A DNA stretch of 64,000 bases, taken from positions 27,914,262 through 27,978,261 of the forward strand of contig NC_090413.1 of NCBI RefSeq assembly GCF_036365525.1. The letters run 5' to 3'. The position numbers and the translations under genes are program-made. Below are positions 12,600 through 25,815 of this stretch, in pieces (within the stretch, counting starts at the first letter, position 1; the number at the start of each line of letters is the position of its first letter). The notes beneath the pieces are model-generated. The model made no database searches. It saw only the letters and a program-made list of their open reading frames with translations, and was not told the origin of the DNA. The stretch comes from Heterodontus francisci (taxonomy: Eukaryota).

Positions 12600-12705
12600 C
12601 CTCGGTTTCTTGCCATCCTTCAGGACCGTTTTCCTCCTCAGTGTGCTTTCAATGGTTGCAGACCCTCGCTGGGAATGGACTCCAGAATTATCAGGTAGTA
12701 TGGGT
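12600..12705 (-). CDS. RALGPS-like: RalGPS-like exon (PH start): PILPDNSGVHSQRGSATIESTLRRKTVLKDGKKPR
   Basis: 106 nt, phase 2/0, gtaagg donor. Confidence 0.92.
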
Positions 12706-13630
12706 CTAGGTAGAGCAAAGCTAGGATATGTTACTCCAGTAACAATGACAAGAAACTCCACAGCCTCCCGCCACTTTCCAAGTTCAAAAGCACAATTATA
12801 ATCACTTCTCTGCAGCAAAACACTGCAGCTCAGCCCATGTTATATGGGAGGGAAAAATACCTCGCAATTTCCCCCCTCCGTCCCTCCCATTTGATCTCAG
12901 GCTGGGACACAACAGCATGCGTTACATCACCCTCCTATACCTTGTTCAGGTGACTGTTTAACGTGTGGGCCAAGGCAGCACATTTCAAAAGGCTATTTAA
13001 CCACAGCAGGAGGCTAGAACAGTCGAGTCCAATCATGTTCTAATCCCATGTCGACATACAAGTGCTATCACAGAATAATACAGTGCAGAAGAGGCCCTTC
13101 GGCCCATCGAGTCTGCACCGATGAGTCTGCACTCTTGCTATCTAACAAGAGTCACTGGACAGTGATTTTTTTTTTTAACCCTTCCCTCTGAGAATACATA
13201 TCCAATTTTAGTAGCCTTCTTGCTATTCCAACTGAGTGCCAACAGGCTATTCGAACATGGACAGCATCACACCTAGATTCCTCTGCTGCATCAAATGCCC
13301 ACACGCACGCACCCCGGCACTGTATCGTGCTTTAAACAGCTGTAAGGAGAGATGCATTTCATCATTGGAGGAGAATATCCAGACCCTTGTAACAGACACC
13401 ATTACCAAGACTGGAGCTGAAATATACTGGTGAAACACAGACACACCTCATTGGACACAGCAGCAGTCAGGAAACACCGGAATATCTGGGAAGGATATCT
13501 GTATCCTACCCGGAATTCCCTGTGCCCCTACGAGCGGTTTCACCACGTACATTCACACTGACGAAAGATGAGGGTGTTGGGTATCTAGTAGTGAAGAATG
13601 TACCACATGCTCATGTTGACACTTACATAC

Positions 13631-13699
13631 CTGACTAGGATTGTGCAAGAGCTCCGGGTAAACCTGGTCATAGGACCCAGGGAGCGATAGACCCCATTC
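13631..13699 (-). CDS. RALGPS-like: RalGPS-like exon: NGVYRSLGPMTRFTRSSCTILV(R)
   Basis: 69 nt, symmetric phase 2/2; resembles RALGPS N.LYHSLGPVTR motif (recalled). Confidence 0.8.
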
Positions 13700-14704
13700 C
13701 TGTTGTAGAAACAGGTAAAGCAAATCCTAATTAACACACACTCAGCAGGGGGACACAGGAACAGGAGGAGGCCATTCAGCCCCTCAAGCCTGTTCTGCCA
13801 ATGACATTATGGCTGATTTGCATCCGAACACCATATTGCTCAATACCCTGATCTAGCAATAAACTATTGATCTCAGATTTGAAATTATTAATTGATCTAG
13901 CATCTCCTGCTTTTTGTGGGAGAGAGTTTCACACTTCCGCCACCCTTTGTGTGAAGAAGTGTTTTCTAACTTCTCTCCTAAATGACCTGACTCTGATTTT
14001 AAGGTTAAGTCCCCTTGTCCTATCTCCCCCACTAGCGGAAAATGTTTCTCTCTATCTGCCCCATCAATTCCTTTCAAAATCCAAAAAAACTTCACATCAA
14101 AGCACCCCTTAACCTTTTATATTCTGGGAAATAAGCCTAGTTTATGTAACCTCTCCTCATAATGCTTGGTGGGGAAGGGGGGGTTGGTGTTGAGAGTTCT
14201 ATTTAAAGGCAAATTAACCGTTTGGAGTTTATTGCTTCATATTAACTCAGCTCTCACCGTTCAAAAGTTGACCAGGAGCTTGCATCTCCGACGTCACAGC
14301 TTTCTTCACAGGAGGCTGGAACAGGAAGTGAAAACCCATCACCAGACCGTCTCAAAAATACCATCCTGGATTTCCCTCTGGGATTCTCTGAGCCACATCC
14401 CATGTTTCCCGGTTGACAGAGGTTCTTCAACCACTGCGTGCAGTGAGGGGTCCACAATTGACATTGCAGATGCTCTCTCCTCCCTTTGGGGAATCTTAAG
14501 AAAAGCAGGTGCTGAGTGGACCCAACATCGAGCAGGATCTGCTCCCTCCGTGCAGGAACAATGCAAGCTGACACCACACACTGTGAATCACTAGTTGGAG
14601 CCCAACGCAGTGGCACATTAGGATGTGGAAGAGAAAACCATTGGTCATGTATCACATTAATGCTGCCAAGTGGAAGGATGCAGATTGTTCTCACATGACT
14701 TTAC

Positions 14705-14762
14705 ATTGTGCTCAATTCCCGATTGGAACAACATGAACTCCAAGAGATTCCATCAGGCAAGA
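14705..14762 (-). CDS. RALGPS-like: Probable RalGPS-like linker exon: (V)LPDGISWSSCCSNRELST(M)
   Basis: 58 nt, strong acceptor ctttctcttcag and gtaaag donor. It supplies the required phase 1 to 2 change, but sequence similarity is weak. Confidence 0.6.
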
Positions 14763-15174
14763 CTGAAGAGAAAGAGCTGTGACACCAGCCAGCTGCTGTG
14801 TTTCCCCCCACCCCCAGCTCACACATCTTCCCCAGGTTAGTGAGCTGCTGGTAAGTTACACACTCGGCAGAGGTTAGCCTTGGTAAGGTTGCGGGGGGGG
14901 GGGGTGAAGGCAAGGGGACATGAAGGTGCGAGTGAGAGAAATGGAAATGATCTTTGATGTGGGAGCCAGTGTGGTCAACTCACTCAAAACAACATGGTGC
15001 TTTATTTAGAACATATGGTCCCACAGCAACTTTCACACCCTCAGGACACCCCAAAGTGCTTTCCAGCCAATGAAGTACTTTTTGAAGTGTAGTCACTGTT
15101 GTAATGTAGGAAAATGGGGCAGTTTGTGCACAGCAAGATCCCACAAACAGCAACGTGATAATCTCCTGTCTGTA

Positions 15175-15545
15175 TCAGAAGTTTACGAGTTTAAGTTTCA
15201 CCCCAAAGACTTGAGCACATAATCTAGGCCAACACTCCAGTACAGTGCTGAGGGAGTGCCGCACTGTCGGAGGGGCCATTATTTGCATGAAACCTTAAAC
15301 TGAGGCCCCATCAGCTCCTATGGTTACTGTTCGAAGTAGAGCAGGGGAGTTCTCTCCAATGTTCTGGCCAATATTTATCCCTCAACCAACATCACAAACA
15401 GATTATCTGGATCATTATCACATTGGATGTTTGTGGGAGCTTGCTGTGCACAAAATTGGTTGCTATGTTTCATACAACAAATGACTACACGTCAAAAAAG
15501 TAACTTGGTTATCTGTAAAACACTTTGGGATGTTGAGTTCATGAG
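15175..15545 (+). mobile_element. Deu-domain SINE copy
   Basis: GAGCAGGGGAGTTCTC...GGCCAATATTTATCCCTCAACCAACATCAC core. Confidence 0.75.
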
Positions 15546-15623
15546 TTTGTTCTGTCTTTTCCAAGACTAAAAAGCTACAGATGAAGAGAAATGATCCCTG
15601 TGCGACACCAGGTGGTGTTTTAC

Positions 15624-15769
15624 CTGGACAGTGGTCACAAGCCGGCTGGACCGTAGCCTGCACCATCCATAACAAATCATCTTGCAGCACAGTGTCATCC
15701 AGGAGACACCGAGATCGAGAGCCAGGGAATGTGGCACTTTTGGGGCCTGCATTGCTCATTCGTCGAGCT
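15624..15769 (-). CDS. RALGPS-like: RalGPS-like linker exon: ARRMSNAGPKSATFPGSRSRCLLDDTVLQDDLLWMVQATVQPACDHCP
   Basis: 146 nt, phase 2/1; conserved KSATFP....R.LLDD.V motif. Confidence 0.87.
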
Positions 15770-16310
15770 CTGTATAAAATATATCAAATATTAGGCAAGG
15801 CAATGGTGGAGGGGGGGGAAAAAACAAAAACGAAACAGCAAAAAGGTATTTAATTTGCAGCTGTCCAAAAAACCAAACCAAACCAGTGACCTCTCCCAGG
15901 TCATGCTGATCAAAGTCCACCAGCCTCTTTAACAGATTAATATTTCCAAGAGCCGCACAAAGTAATAGGAAATGAAATCACCATTTTTAAAAACAGACCA
16001 TCATGCTAGAAATTTCCAGTCAATTATCAGCTGGAGGCTCCAGACTGACCCCTGCAGGAATGATCAACTTGAATTAGCATCTGCTTTCAAGCAGAAATTC
16101 CAACTGCCAGAGAGACGGACAAGAGGCAGAAAGGGATCATTCCCCACCTCTTCCCCCACCCCCGCCACGCCTCCCCAAGGAAACAGGGACCTCTTCCCCC
16201 AGTTCCGAGGGGGACTGGAACATACACTGTTGGTATATTTTCAGTGCTTGTAAACAAGTAAAATAACAATTTCGAAAGAGAAGATTCTTCTTGAAAATGC
16301 CAGCACATTC

Positions 16311-17708
16311 TCTTCTCTCTCTTTGCACTCCTTATCTCGAGAGACAATGGGTAAGTACCTGGAGGTGGTCAGTGGTTTGTGGAGCAGCGCCTGGAGTGGC
16401 TATAAAGGCCAATATTAGAGTGACAGACTCTTCCACAGGTGCTGCAGATAAAATTGGTTGTCGGGGCTGTTGCACAGTTGGCTCTCCCCTGGCGCTTCTG
16501 TCTTTTTTCCTGCCAACTGCTAAGTCTCTTCGACTCGCCACACTTTAGCCCCGCCTTTATGGTTGCCTGCCAGCTCTGGCAATCGCTGGCAACTGACTCC
16601 CACGACTTGTGATCAATGTCACAGGACTTCATGTCGCGTTTGCAGACATCTTTAAAGCGGAGACATGGACGACCGGTGGGTCTGATGCCAGTGGCGAGCT
16701 CGCTGTACAATGTGTCTTTGGGGATCCTGCCATCTTCCATGCGGCTTACATGGCCAAGCCATCTCAAGCGCCGCTGACTCAGTAGTGTGTATAAGCTGGG
16801 GATGTTGGCCGCCTCGAGGACTTCTGTGTTGGAGATACGGTCCTGCCACCTGATGCCAAGTATTCTCCGGAGGCAGCAAAGATGGAATGAATTAAGATTT
16901 CGCTCTTGGCTGACATACATTGTCCAGGCCTCGCTGCCATAGAGCAAGGTACTGAGGACACAGGCTTGATACACTCGGACTTTTGTGTTCCGTGTCAGTG
17001 CACCATTTTCCCACACTCTCTTGGCCAGTCTGGACATAGCAGTGGAAGCCTTTCCCATGCGCTTGTTGATTTCTGCATCGAGAGACAGGTTACTGGTGAT
17101 AGTTGAGCCTAGGTAGGTGAACTCTTGAACCACTTCCAGAGCGTGGTCGCCAATATTGATGTATGGAGCATTTCTGACGTCCTGTCCCATGATGTTCGTT
17201 TTCTTGAGGCTGATGGTTAGGCCAAATTCTTTGCAGGCAGCTGCAATCCTGTCGATGAGACTCTGCAGACACTCTTCAGTGTGAGATGTTAATGCAGCAT
17301 TGTCAGCAAAGAGGAGTTCCCTGATGGGGACTTTCCGTACTTTGGTCTTCGCTCTTAGACGGGCAAGGTTGAACAACCAGCCACCTGATCTTGTGTGGAG
17401 GAAAATTCCTTCTTCTGAAGACTTGAACGCATGTGAGAGCAGCAGGGAGAAGAAAATCCCAAACAGCGTAGGTGCGAGAACACAGCCCTGTTTCACGCCA
17501 CTCAGGATAGGAAAGGGGTCTGATGAGGCGCCGCTATGCTGAATTGTGCCTTTCGTATTGTCATGGAATGAGGTGATGATACTTAGTAGCTTTGGTGGAC
17601 ATCCAATATTTTCTAGTAGTCTGAAGAGACCACGTCTGCTGACGAGGTCAAAGGCTTTGGTGAGATCAATGAAAGCAACGTAGAGGGGCATCTGTTGTTC
17701 GTGGCATT
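16311..17708 (-). mobile_element. 5'-truncated RTE-clade LINE (RT C-terminal half, C-terminal zinc finger)
   Basis: 440-aa ORF 16369-17691 with FIDLTKAFD, GVKQGCVLAP, LLFADN (catalytic D to N) and C..C..H..C tail. Confidence 0.92.
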
Positions 17709-18039
17709 ACACAGTGATTAAAACGGGAGGGTTGGTGTTCCTCTCTCTCGGAGTCACTCACTCAGCGTTAGGAAGGAACCCAGGGTTGCCTTGTGTTTCC
17801 CTCTCTGGTGGATACACCCCCGCCCACCCGCCACCACCATCAGACCAGCCTGGCTGTGTCAAAGACCCCAGCGGATGCAGCCTGACCGTGCATCAGGGAG
17901 CCCTGGCGAGGTGCCGTTGAACACAATGCGCAGAAGCCCACTGTCCTGTTTAGTAGCCCTTGCAGATGGCGACAGCATCAAACCCAAGATTACAAATGAA
18001 TACCTGATGATTTTCTTAGGAATGGAGTCCATCACTCAC

Positions 18040-18145
18040 TTGTAATCAACACTGCGCCATTTTCTGTGTCCCCGTGTCAAACACAGACACGTAACTGTGG
18101 CATCACCGTCAGAATATTCAGCTGCCTCAGTGGGGGAGAGTGAGC
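18040..18145 (-). CDS. RALGPS-like: RalGPS-like linker exon: SLSPTEAAEYSDGDATVTCLCLTRGHRKWRSVDY(K)
   Basis: 106 nt, phase 1/2, pyrimidine-rich acceptor, gtgagt donor; GHRK..S..Y resembles RALGPS2 GHRKCHSLGY (recalled). Confidence 0.8.
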
Positions 18146-18384
18146 CTGAAGAGGAGAGGACACAGATCTTTATAGTCGTTTCTGCGGTTGTGCTTTGGTG
18201 ATTATACCAGTGCCAAACTTCAAACAAAGATAGCTTCCCAATAATATCAATTGATTCCCCTGCTCTCTGGGTCTCAATCTTACTCTGTCACAGGCACTAA
18301 CAGAAGCTTTCCCAAGTGAGGGCCTGGATACAGTGTCCATACTGGGAACCAATCCCGAAAAATGTGCTTTTCCCTCTTTCAGGT

Positions 18385-18905
18385 GTCAGCTGTGGTTCAG
18401 TGGGTAGCGTTCTCACCTCAACCAGAATATCACAGGTTTACATCCCCCTCCAAAGGCACAAAATCAAGGCCGAGGGAGCGCCGCACTGTCGGAGGCTCGG
18501 TACTGAGGGAGCGCCGCACTGTCGGAGGCTCGGTACTGAGGGAGCGCCGCACTGTCGGAGGCTCGGTACTGAGGGAGCGCCGCACTGTCGGAGGGACTGT
18601 CTTTTGGATGAGGCGTTAAACTGAGGCTCCGTCTGCCCTCTCAGGTTGATGTAAAGATCCCACAGCCACTATTTTTCAAAAAGCGGGGCAGTCCCACCTC
18701 CGGCGTCCCGGCCAATATTCATCCCCTCAAACAGCATCACTAACAGATTATCTGGTTGCTTTAGTGGGATCTTGCTGTGTGCAAATTAGCTGCTACGTTT
18801 GTTATTACAACAGTAATTACACTTCAAAAGTACTTCATTAGCTGTCAAGCGCTTTGGGGCATCCTGCAGTTGTGAAAGGCGCTACAGAAATGCAAATCTT
18901 TCTCC
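18385..18905 (+). mobile_element. Deu-domain SINE (SacSINE1/AmnSINE1-like)
   Basis: tRNA-like head, then TTAAACTGAGGC..GTCTGCCCTCTCAGG...GGCCAATATT.ATCCC core. Further copies at about 5755-5895(-), 8930-9245, 11930-12295, 15005-15160(-), 21815-21990 and 22895-23090(-). Confidence 0.75.
18472..18594 (+). repeat. 33-bp tandem repeat (GAGGGAGCGCCGCACTGTCGGAGGCTCGGTACT) x about 3.7 inside a SINE
   Basis: Direct reading; single-copy versions occur in other SINE copies (e.g. near 15250, 25580, 59760). Confidence 0.92.
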
Positions 18906-19002
18906 AATGTAACATTTCCCATTACGAACATCTCCAAATTCGATCAATTGCCAATTTGTTGATAATTTTGTGCTAGGTTTTGAAGAAAAACCTACAGCTC
19001 AC

Positions 19003-19067
19003 CTACAGCTGCTCCCCCGGAGATCTGATGCTGAGCACAAGACATGGGTTCAATCATCAGAGACAGT
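19003..19067 (-). CDS. RALGPS-like: RalGPS-like exon: LSLMIEPMSCAQHQISGGAAV(G)
   Basis: 65 nt, phase 2/1; LSL.IEP motif ending the CDC25 domain. Confidence 0.88.
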
Positions 19068-19537
19068 CTATAGAGAGAGGTCAAAACATTCAGAGTTCCA
19101 ATAAAGAATATTCACAGTTAATACAATGGATTATTCTGGAATTTCTTCAAACATCAGTGAATCACTGGACTAAAGGTGAGGGATGCAAGAGCTGGGATTT
19201 GGAACACATTCCGTGTCAGGTACTCGTGTTAGCATCACTCCTGGATTCGATTCAGAGTAAAGCTGTCAACTATGCTCCAACAATGTGCCTCAGACCCAAA
19301 CTCCCTGATTAATGTATCCCCACCAGACCTCTCCAACATCATGTACTGTCCCAATGAAAGTCCAAATCCCATGGCTTTTGGACATTTGGGTGCTAGAAGG
19401 TTCTAGAATGCAGCCACGATTCCCTCATCTGCAAAGACTCGCTCCCATTCCCTGGTTTCCAGTTGAACAGTAGGAACAGTGAAAGCCAGCCCTTTGGAGA
19501 ATCTCTTCTCTAAGGAAGAGGCAACTGCAGAACTGAC

Positions 19538-19628
19538 CTGTGGTTGTCCTGCTCCAGGAGCCCTTGCAGTTCCTCGATGTATCTCACAGAGTTCAGGTAT
19601 CTCTGCACATGAGGCAATGTCAGAAGAT
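19538..19628 (-). CDS. RALGPS-like: RalGPS-like exon: (D)[29 protein letters not shown](R)
   Basis: 91 nt, phase 1/2; LPHVQ.YL.SV.YIEELQ motif. Confidence 0.93.
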
Positions 19629-21568
19629 CTACAAATAATTCAAGTTAGAACATGATCACACAACAAATGAGGATCTCACAGCAATACAAGTGTGAATCCA
19701 AGCCCAGCCCAAGTTCAAAATCAAAGAGAAAATGCGAGTCAGTCAGCATCTGAAAGACAGGAGGGTTAACATCGCAGGTGTTTCTATCCCCACCTCCATT
19801 CTCCTTCTCTAGGAGCCAATAAAGCCACCAGACACTGCCAGGCAAAAATTTCTTGATTAGTTTCCTGCTTTTGCCATAACCACAGGCAATGCCGAGTGTG
19901 ACAGACTCTCCAAGACGGAGGCCAACCTCTGCTCACCACCACCCACACTGTCTGGTTAAGATCAGGTCTCCGTTCATGAGGAAACTCCAAACAGGACCCT
20001 TATCCACCTACAGTTTGCAGAAAATGCTGGCAAGAATCAGCTCGAGTTTCATTGTGACCCCAAACACCTCAACGTGTTAGGAGCTTCATAATTCTCTGCA
20101 ATCCAATCACTTCCCTCATCTCCTACTGATCTCCAGCTGGCTCACAGTCCCATTGGGTTCAACGTAGCTACACAGTGGTCAATGTAGAGTTTTAGGGGCA
20201 TGTGGTTGGTCATTGACACAGAGGCCTCAACATGAATGAGGTCACAGAGTTAGCAGACAGTCAAGGTGCGCTCTGTCAGCCAGTCATCATTCATTAGGCG
20301 CAGTGAGAATGACAGGAGCCCTTCTGCAGACTTGGTGGAGCTGAATGGGATCCGGGTGGGCTTGATGGGGTTACTGCTCGCATTGCCCATCCTAAAATAA
20401 TGACACTCAATGGGGACTTTGCATTCTTGTGCAGACAGTAAACTGCTCAATGATTGAGGTCATTGTAGTCAGGCCTGATCACATCACAACCCAAGAGCCA
20501 CACGCATGATCACAACTAGGAGGAGGAAACTGTTCAATATTTCTCCCTCCATAGCCCAGGGCACTGAGGCCAAGTGTAGGAATCTAACTAAATGAACTCA
20601 GGCTAGGGATTGGATCTGCTTGGACCTTTAAAGGGACAGTCCGACACTGGGCAATCACGAAGCAGAGGAGCTGAAGACTTTGCTTCCCAGAACTGAATGG
20701 GTTAACTACAAAAATTAGCCTTTAACCACAGTTCATAAAATTCTTGACTCGAGCAGACATTCCCTGGAAAGCAAGATGTTAAGTATTAGGAAAACCCATT
20801 TGTGTTTAATTTAACAAATTGGATCAAACAGAGCATGTGTTATGAACGGTAATCACACATTACCTGTGGCTCATTCAAAAGACAGTCGAATAGTTTCAGT
20901 TTGGAGACCAGGACAGTTAAAAAGATGGCACCATGGACTGTACCACATGGCAGGAAAAAAATTCAGGATGTCAAGGTCTCTTCCACTGATACTTTAAACT
21001 GCTACATGAAGCACCTGTAGGCCTGCTGCGGTACTGAGCCACAAGGACAGGGAAGATGTCGTGTTTGGGACCCAGTCTGAGCCGTAGCAGTGGTAGGTCT
21101 GCTGTAATTGGCCTCAGCACTCTGGGCTGGGAGGTGGTGAGAGAGGATAAAGCTGCAACTTTGGATCCTTATCCGACTGCTCCCACTGGAAAGCCAGGGT
21201 CGTTCGAGGACAGGATTGGGCTCCCACCATGGAGGAGCCTCAACAGTGACCAAGGAATTGGGGAGGGTACTGGAGGGAAAGTGGGATCAGTGAAACCAAA
21301 CTCCAGGTGAGCTCAAGGAACAGCTAACTGAACAAGTGCAGGTCATCAAACTCTTCAGCCGCTGCTCTTGGCTTGAAACGCCAATTCTACCCCTTCTGGT
21401 TTTGCTCAGTCCTATGAAGGGTTTTTTTTCCTGCTCCTGCCTAAAGTTCCAGCCAAGGTGTTGACCTTTTAGTGGTACAGAGAGAGACAGAGACTAATGG
21501 AAAAGATTCAAAGTGAAGACAGCTACAACCTCAGTTCAGCTATTGACGATTGTCAGACAGGCTTTTAC

Positions 21569-21706
21569 CATATTCACAGAATTGCTGAAAGTCACAGATA
21601 ATCCGTAAAACATTGTTGATCTGATTACAGCGATGCTTATTCTCCAAGATGCCTGCCGATGGTGGATATGCAGCATCAATGTAGGTGAGGTCAGACAAGT
21701 AGATCC
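21569..21706 (-). CDS. RALGPS-like: RalGPS-like exon (RasGEF): (G)[45 protein letters not shown](D)
   Basis: 138 nt, phase 1/1, completes the PYLG-IYL.DL motif across the large intron. Confidence 0.94.
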
Positions 21707-23094
21707 CTGGAAGAGACAAAACAGCCAGAGTTCAGAGATGCCAAAACGGGGGATTCTTTCTGCAAATCAAACATTTTCACAAAAGGTGAAGGCTGTTCAG
21801 CTCTTGCAGCATCACTAAAGCACATGATCTGGTCATTTATCTCACTTTGTGGGATCTTGCTGTGTGCAAATCGGCTGCCATAATTCTTACTTTACAACAG
21901 TGATTATAATTCAAAAGGACTTCAATGTGAAGTGTTTTGGAACATCCTGAGGTTGTGAAATTGCACTAGAAAAATACAAGTTTGTTCTTTCCTTCCTTTT
22001 AGACAGGCAGTGTCAGGTACAGCACCAGTATTGATGTACGTCACTAAAGCTCCTTCGACCCTGCCTTTTAACTCAGGAAGGCAGCTCCCACTGACTGCTG
22101 CCACGCTTTGATATCCTACCAAAGCCATCACTACTCATTCACATAGACTGTCAGTTAGGGAAAGTTGGATTCACATCTGAATTCGTGAATTTTGGGAGCT
22201 TCCCGAGCAGCGCAAGATTAATTTCCAAACCATCAAAATCTAGCTTGCAAAACTAGATCCTAGAGCTGAAACTAGACTGTGTGAAGTTACACTGGCCAAC
22301 AAAATTCTATTAAAATGAAAGTTGGCAATGTAACAATTTTTAATAGTTCAAAAGGTACAGAATAAAAAAAGTGAATTGCAGACAGCTGGGCTCTCCTGTA
22401 AAACGCAAGGTCAATGTGACAATTTCAACCAATTCATCACCGGAGGTCTCTGTGCTGTTATGTTTATATCGAGAAGATGTTCCTGTGCAATTTTTAAGCA
22501 TTTTCCAGTGTGACTCCGTTTCAAGGAGAAAAATTTCCACGAAGCTGCAAAAGTTCATCTCGGGAGATAGCAACCAAGTAGTGTTCTGTCAAAGGTCATC
22601 CTAGACGTTGGCCAGTGCCATGTGACTTCCTTCCTGACCCTTCCCAACATCTTCCCCCCTCGCCGGCCCCCCAACTTCGAGTCCAAACCATTTGCTCAAA
22701 CACTGAGCAATCCTCCAGTCGGCTGATTGCGGAGTTGGATTCTTTACAGTCTGGGTGAGGTGAGAGGAGGAAGGATGTTGACACATTCACCAGAAATAAA
22801 TCAATCAATTAAGAGGTGCAACCTCCAGCACCTTCCTCACCATCTGTAACTCCTGGAAACTGCCCACACTCCAGACCTGTGCTGGCAAAGAAAGAATTAA
22901 AGAACTTGCATCTCTATAGCGCCTTTCACAACTGCAGGACATCTCAAAGTGCTTTACAGCCAAAGAAGTACTTTTGAAGTGTAGTCAGTGTAGGAAACAT
23001 GGCAGTCAATTTGCGCACAGCAAGCTCCCACAAATATGAAAGCTGGATAATTTGTTTTAGTGATGCTGGAGGAGGGATAGATAGTCAAGTGCTC

Positions 23095-24186
23095 ATGGGA
23101 GTAGGGCAATATAGTGCTATGGATTGAGAATTGGTTGACAGACAGAAAACAGAGTAGGGATAAATGGGTCATTCGCAGGATGGCAGGCTGTTACTAGGGG
23201 GGCACAGCAAGGGTTAGTGCTGGGACCACAGCAGTTCACAATCTATATAAATGATTTGGATATGGGGACCAATTGTAGTAATATTTCCAAATTTGCTAAT
23301 GACAAAACTAGGTGGGAATGTAAGTTGTGAGGAGGATGCAAGGAGGTTTCAAGGGGACTTGAATAGGTTAAGTGAATGAGCAAGAACATGGCAGGTGGAA
23401 TATAATGTGAAGAAGTGTGAAGTGATCCACTTTGATAGAAAAAACAGAAAGACAGAGTATTTCTTAAATGGTGAGAGGTTGGGAAGTGTTGATGTCCAAA
23501 GGGACCTGGGTGTCCTTGTTCATGAGTCACTGAAAGCTAGTATGCAGGTGCAGCAAGCCTTCATCGCAAGGAGATTGGAGTACAGGAGTGAAGATATATT
23601 GCTGCAATTGTAGAAAGCCTTGGTGAGACTGCACCTGGAGAATTGTGTACAGTTTTGGTCTCCTTATCGAAGGAAGGATATACTTGACATAGAAGGAGTG
23701 CAATGGAGGTTCACCAAACTAATCCCTGGGATGGCAGGATTGTCTTAAAAGGAAGGATTGCAGAAACTGGGCCTGTATTCTCTAGAGTTTCGAAGAATGA
23801 GAGGTGATATTGAAACTTACAAAATTCTTACAGGACTTGACAGGGTAGATGTGGACAGGATGTTTCCTCTAGCAAGTGAGTCTAGAACGAGGGGACACTG
23901 TCTGAGAATAAGGGGCAGGCCATTTAAGACTGAGATGAGGAGGAATTTAATTCAGAGGGTGGTGAATCTGTGGAATTCTCTACCCCAGAGGGCTGTGGAA
24001 GCTCAATCATTGAGCATGCTCAAGACAGAAATTGATAGATATCTGGACACTAATGACATCAAGGGATATGGGGATAGTGGGGAAAATGGCGTAGAGATAG
24101 ATGATCAGCCATGATCTGTCTGAATGGTGCAGCAGGTTCGATGGGCTGAATGGCCTACTCCTGCTCCTATTTCCTATGAACCTATG
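23095..24186 (+). mobile_element. Degenerate CR1-clade LINE 3' portion
   Basis: W.MEYNV.KCEVIHF, LYSLEFRRMRGD and RVVNLWNSLP motifs with stops and frameshifts; CCTATGAA-type tail. Confidence 0.88.
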
Positions 24187-25504
24187 CCCAATCTGGACAG
24201 TGATTGGCAGATTGAAGATTGGGCAGTTTCCAGGAATGGAAGCAATGCAAGTCTCTCCATCTTGGCTGGTTTGGTGCATCTCCCAATATCTAATTAGACA
24301 GAAGCCTCGAAATGCAGCCACCCCCATCCATCTTACAATGGTAAGGGATGATGGTGCCAATTTGGCCTGGGGATAGGGCCCAAGATTTGAAAATCGGGGA
24401 GGAAGCAGGGGGAGGTGGGGTAGATGTGATGTTTGAGAGATGGTACCTAGAACAGCCATACACCATAACAGCATGAACCAATTCTTCCCAACTCCATTTT
24501 AAAACCAAAAAAAATATATAGTTGAACAGCTAACATGGAGTCAGTGTCCCTGTAATGAGACACTCCTGGGCACATATCACTTTCAATATGAATATTAGAG
24601 AGAGGTTCCTGCTGCTTCCTCTGCAGCTCGAGACCCTCCCTCAGCAGTGGCTCTGGATCCTTTCAGCTTCTGTGAATCCCTTGGTACAGTAAATAAACTC
24701 AAGATCACGAGTTCAAAACTATTCAATCTACTAAGCTGTTATTTAGATGAGGGGGTCACGGACCTGAATGTATACTTTAAAATCTGCTCCGTTTTCGTAA
24801 TTGCCAACAGCTCATCAGATTTATTTGCAAAGCAAAGTGACCTCACTTGCATGCGAGTTCCTTTCCTCTCCCTCTGTTTTCCAACCACCACCCCCCACCC
24901 CCCCAATCTCTCCTGAACACTGGCTCATGCTGGACTATGATTCCACAGGGAATGCAGGAGCACAGATAGGGAGCATCAACCATTTCCCATCATGGAGAGA
25001 ATTGCAGCCCACCCCAACCTGACCCCATCACCACACCAGCAGGGGGTTTCACTGGGGAGATCAGCAGTGGGAACCCGAATCTTTCTTCCTGCCTCAGCTC
25101 AGGGGAACGGAGGCCAGTTTTAGGCCCAGCTAACAACACAGCCAGCCAAGCTCTGTCTGATTCAGTCCCACCTCACAGGGTGCATTGCACCGTAGAGTCT
25201 ACAGAGGGAACAGCAATCCCTTGCTTTGGTCACTCGGGCAATCCTATTGGACAATAGTGTTTCCTCATTAAGCTCTCGGCATTTGAGATTTGATGTTGGT
25301 TTAACAGTGAGCATCATCCTTTGATCTATTCAACACACTTTCCAAGCTTCCTCAGTGGGTATAGCACCGTCTGGTGTAGTGCTGAATCTCAGAGCAGTAA
25401 ACTCCCATCTTCAGACCCGAGATTGTGGCAACTTAGTGGATTTCAGCTGGTGCAGCAGTCAGGGTTACACAGCCCTCGGCTGTGGTTCACTGGGGATCTC
25501 GCCT

Positions 25505-25815
25505 GTGACAGGGTCATGGGTTCAAATCCCACTCCAGAAACTCAAGCATGAAATCTAGGTTGGCACTCCCAGTGGAGTACTGAGGGAGTGCTACGTTGTC
25601 GGAGGTGCTGTCTTTCAGGTGAGATGTTGAACTGAGACCCAGTCTGCCCTCTCAGGTGGATGCACTGTTTAAAGAACAAGGAGTTCTTCCCAGCGTTCCG
25701 GCCAAAATTTATCCCTCAACCAACACGGCTAAAATCTTGCCGTCATTTCATTGCTGATCGTGGGAGCCTGCGGTGCACAAATTAACTGCTGCATTGTCTA
25801 CATTACAACAGTGAA
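25505..25815 (+). mobile_element. Deu-domain SINE copy
   Basis: B-box GGGTTCAAATCCC followed by the same core. Confidence 0.75.
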
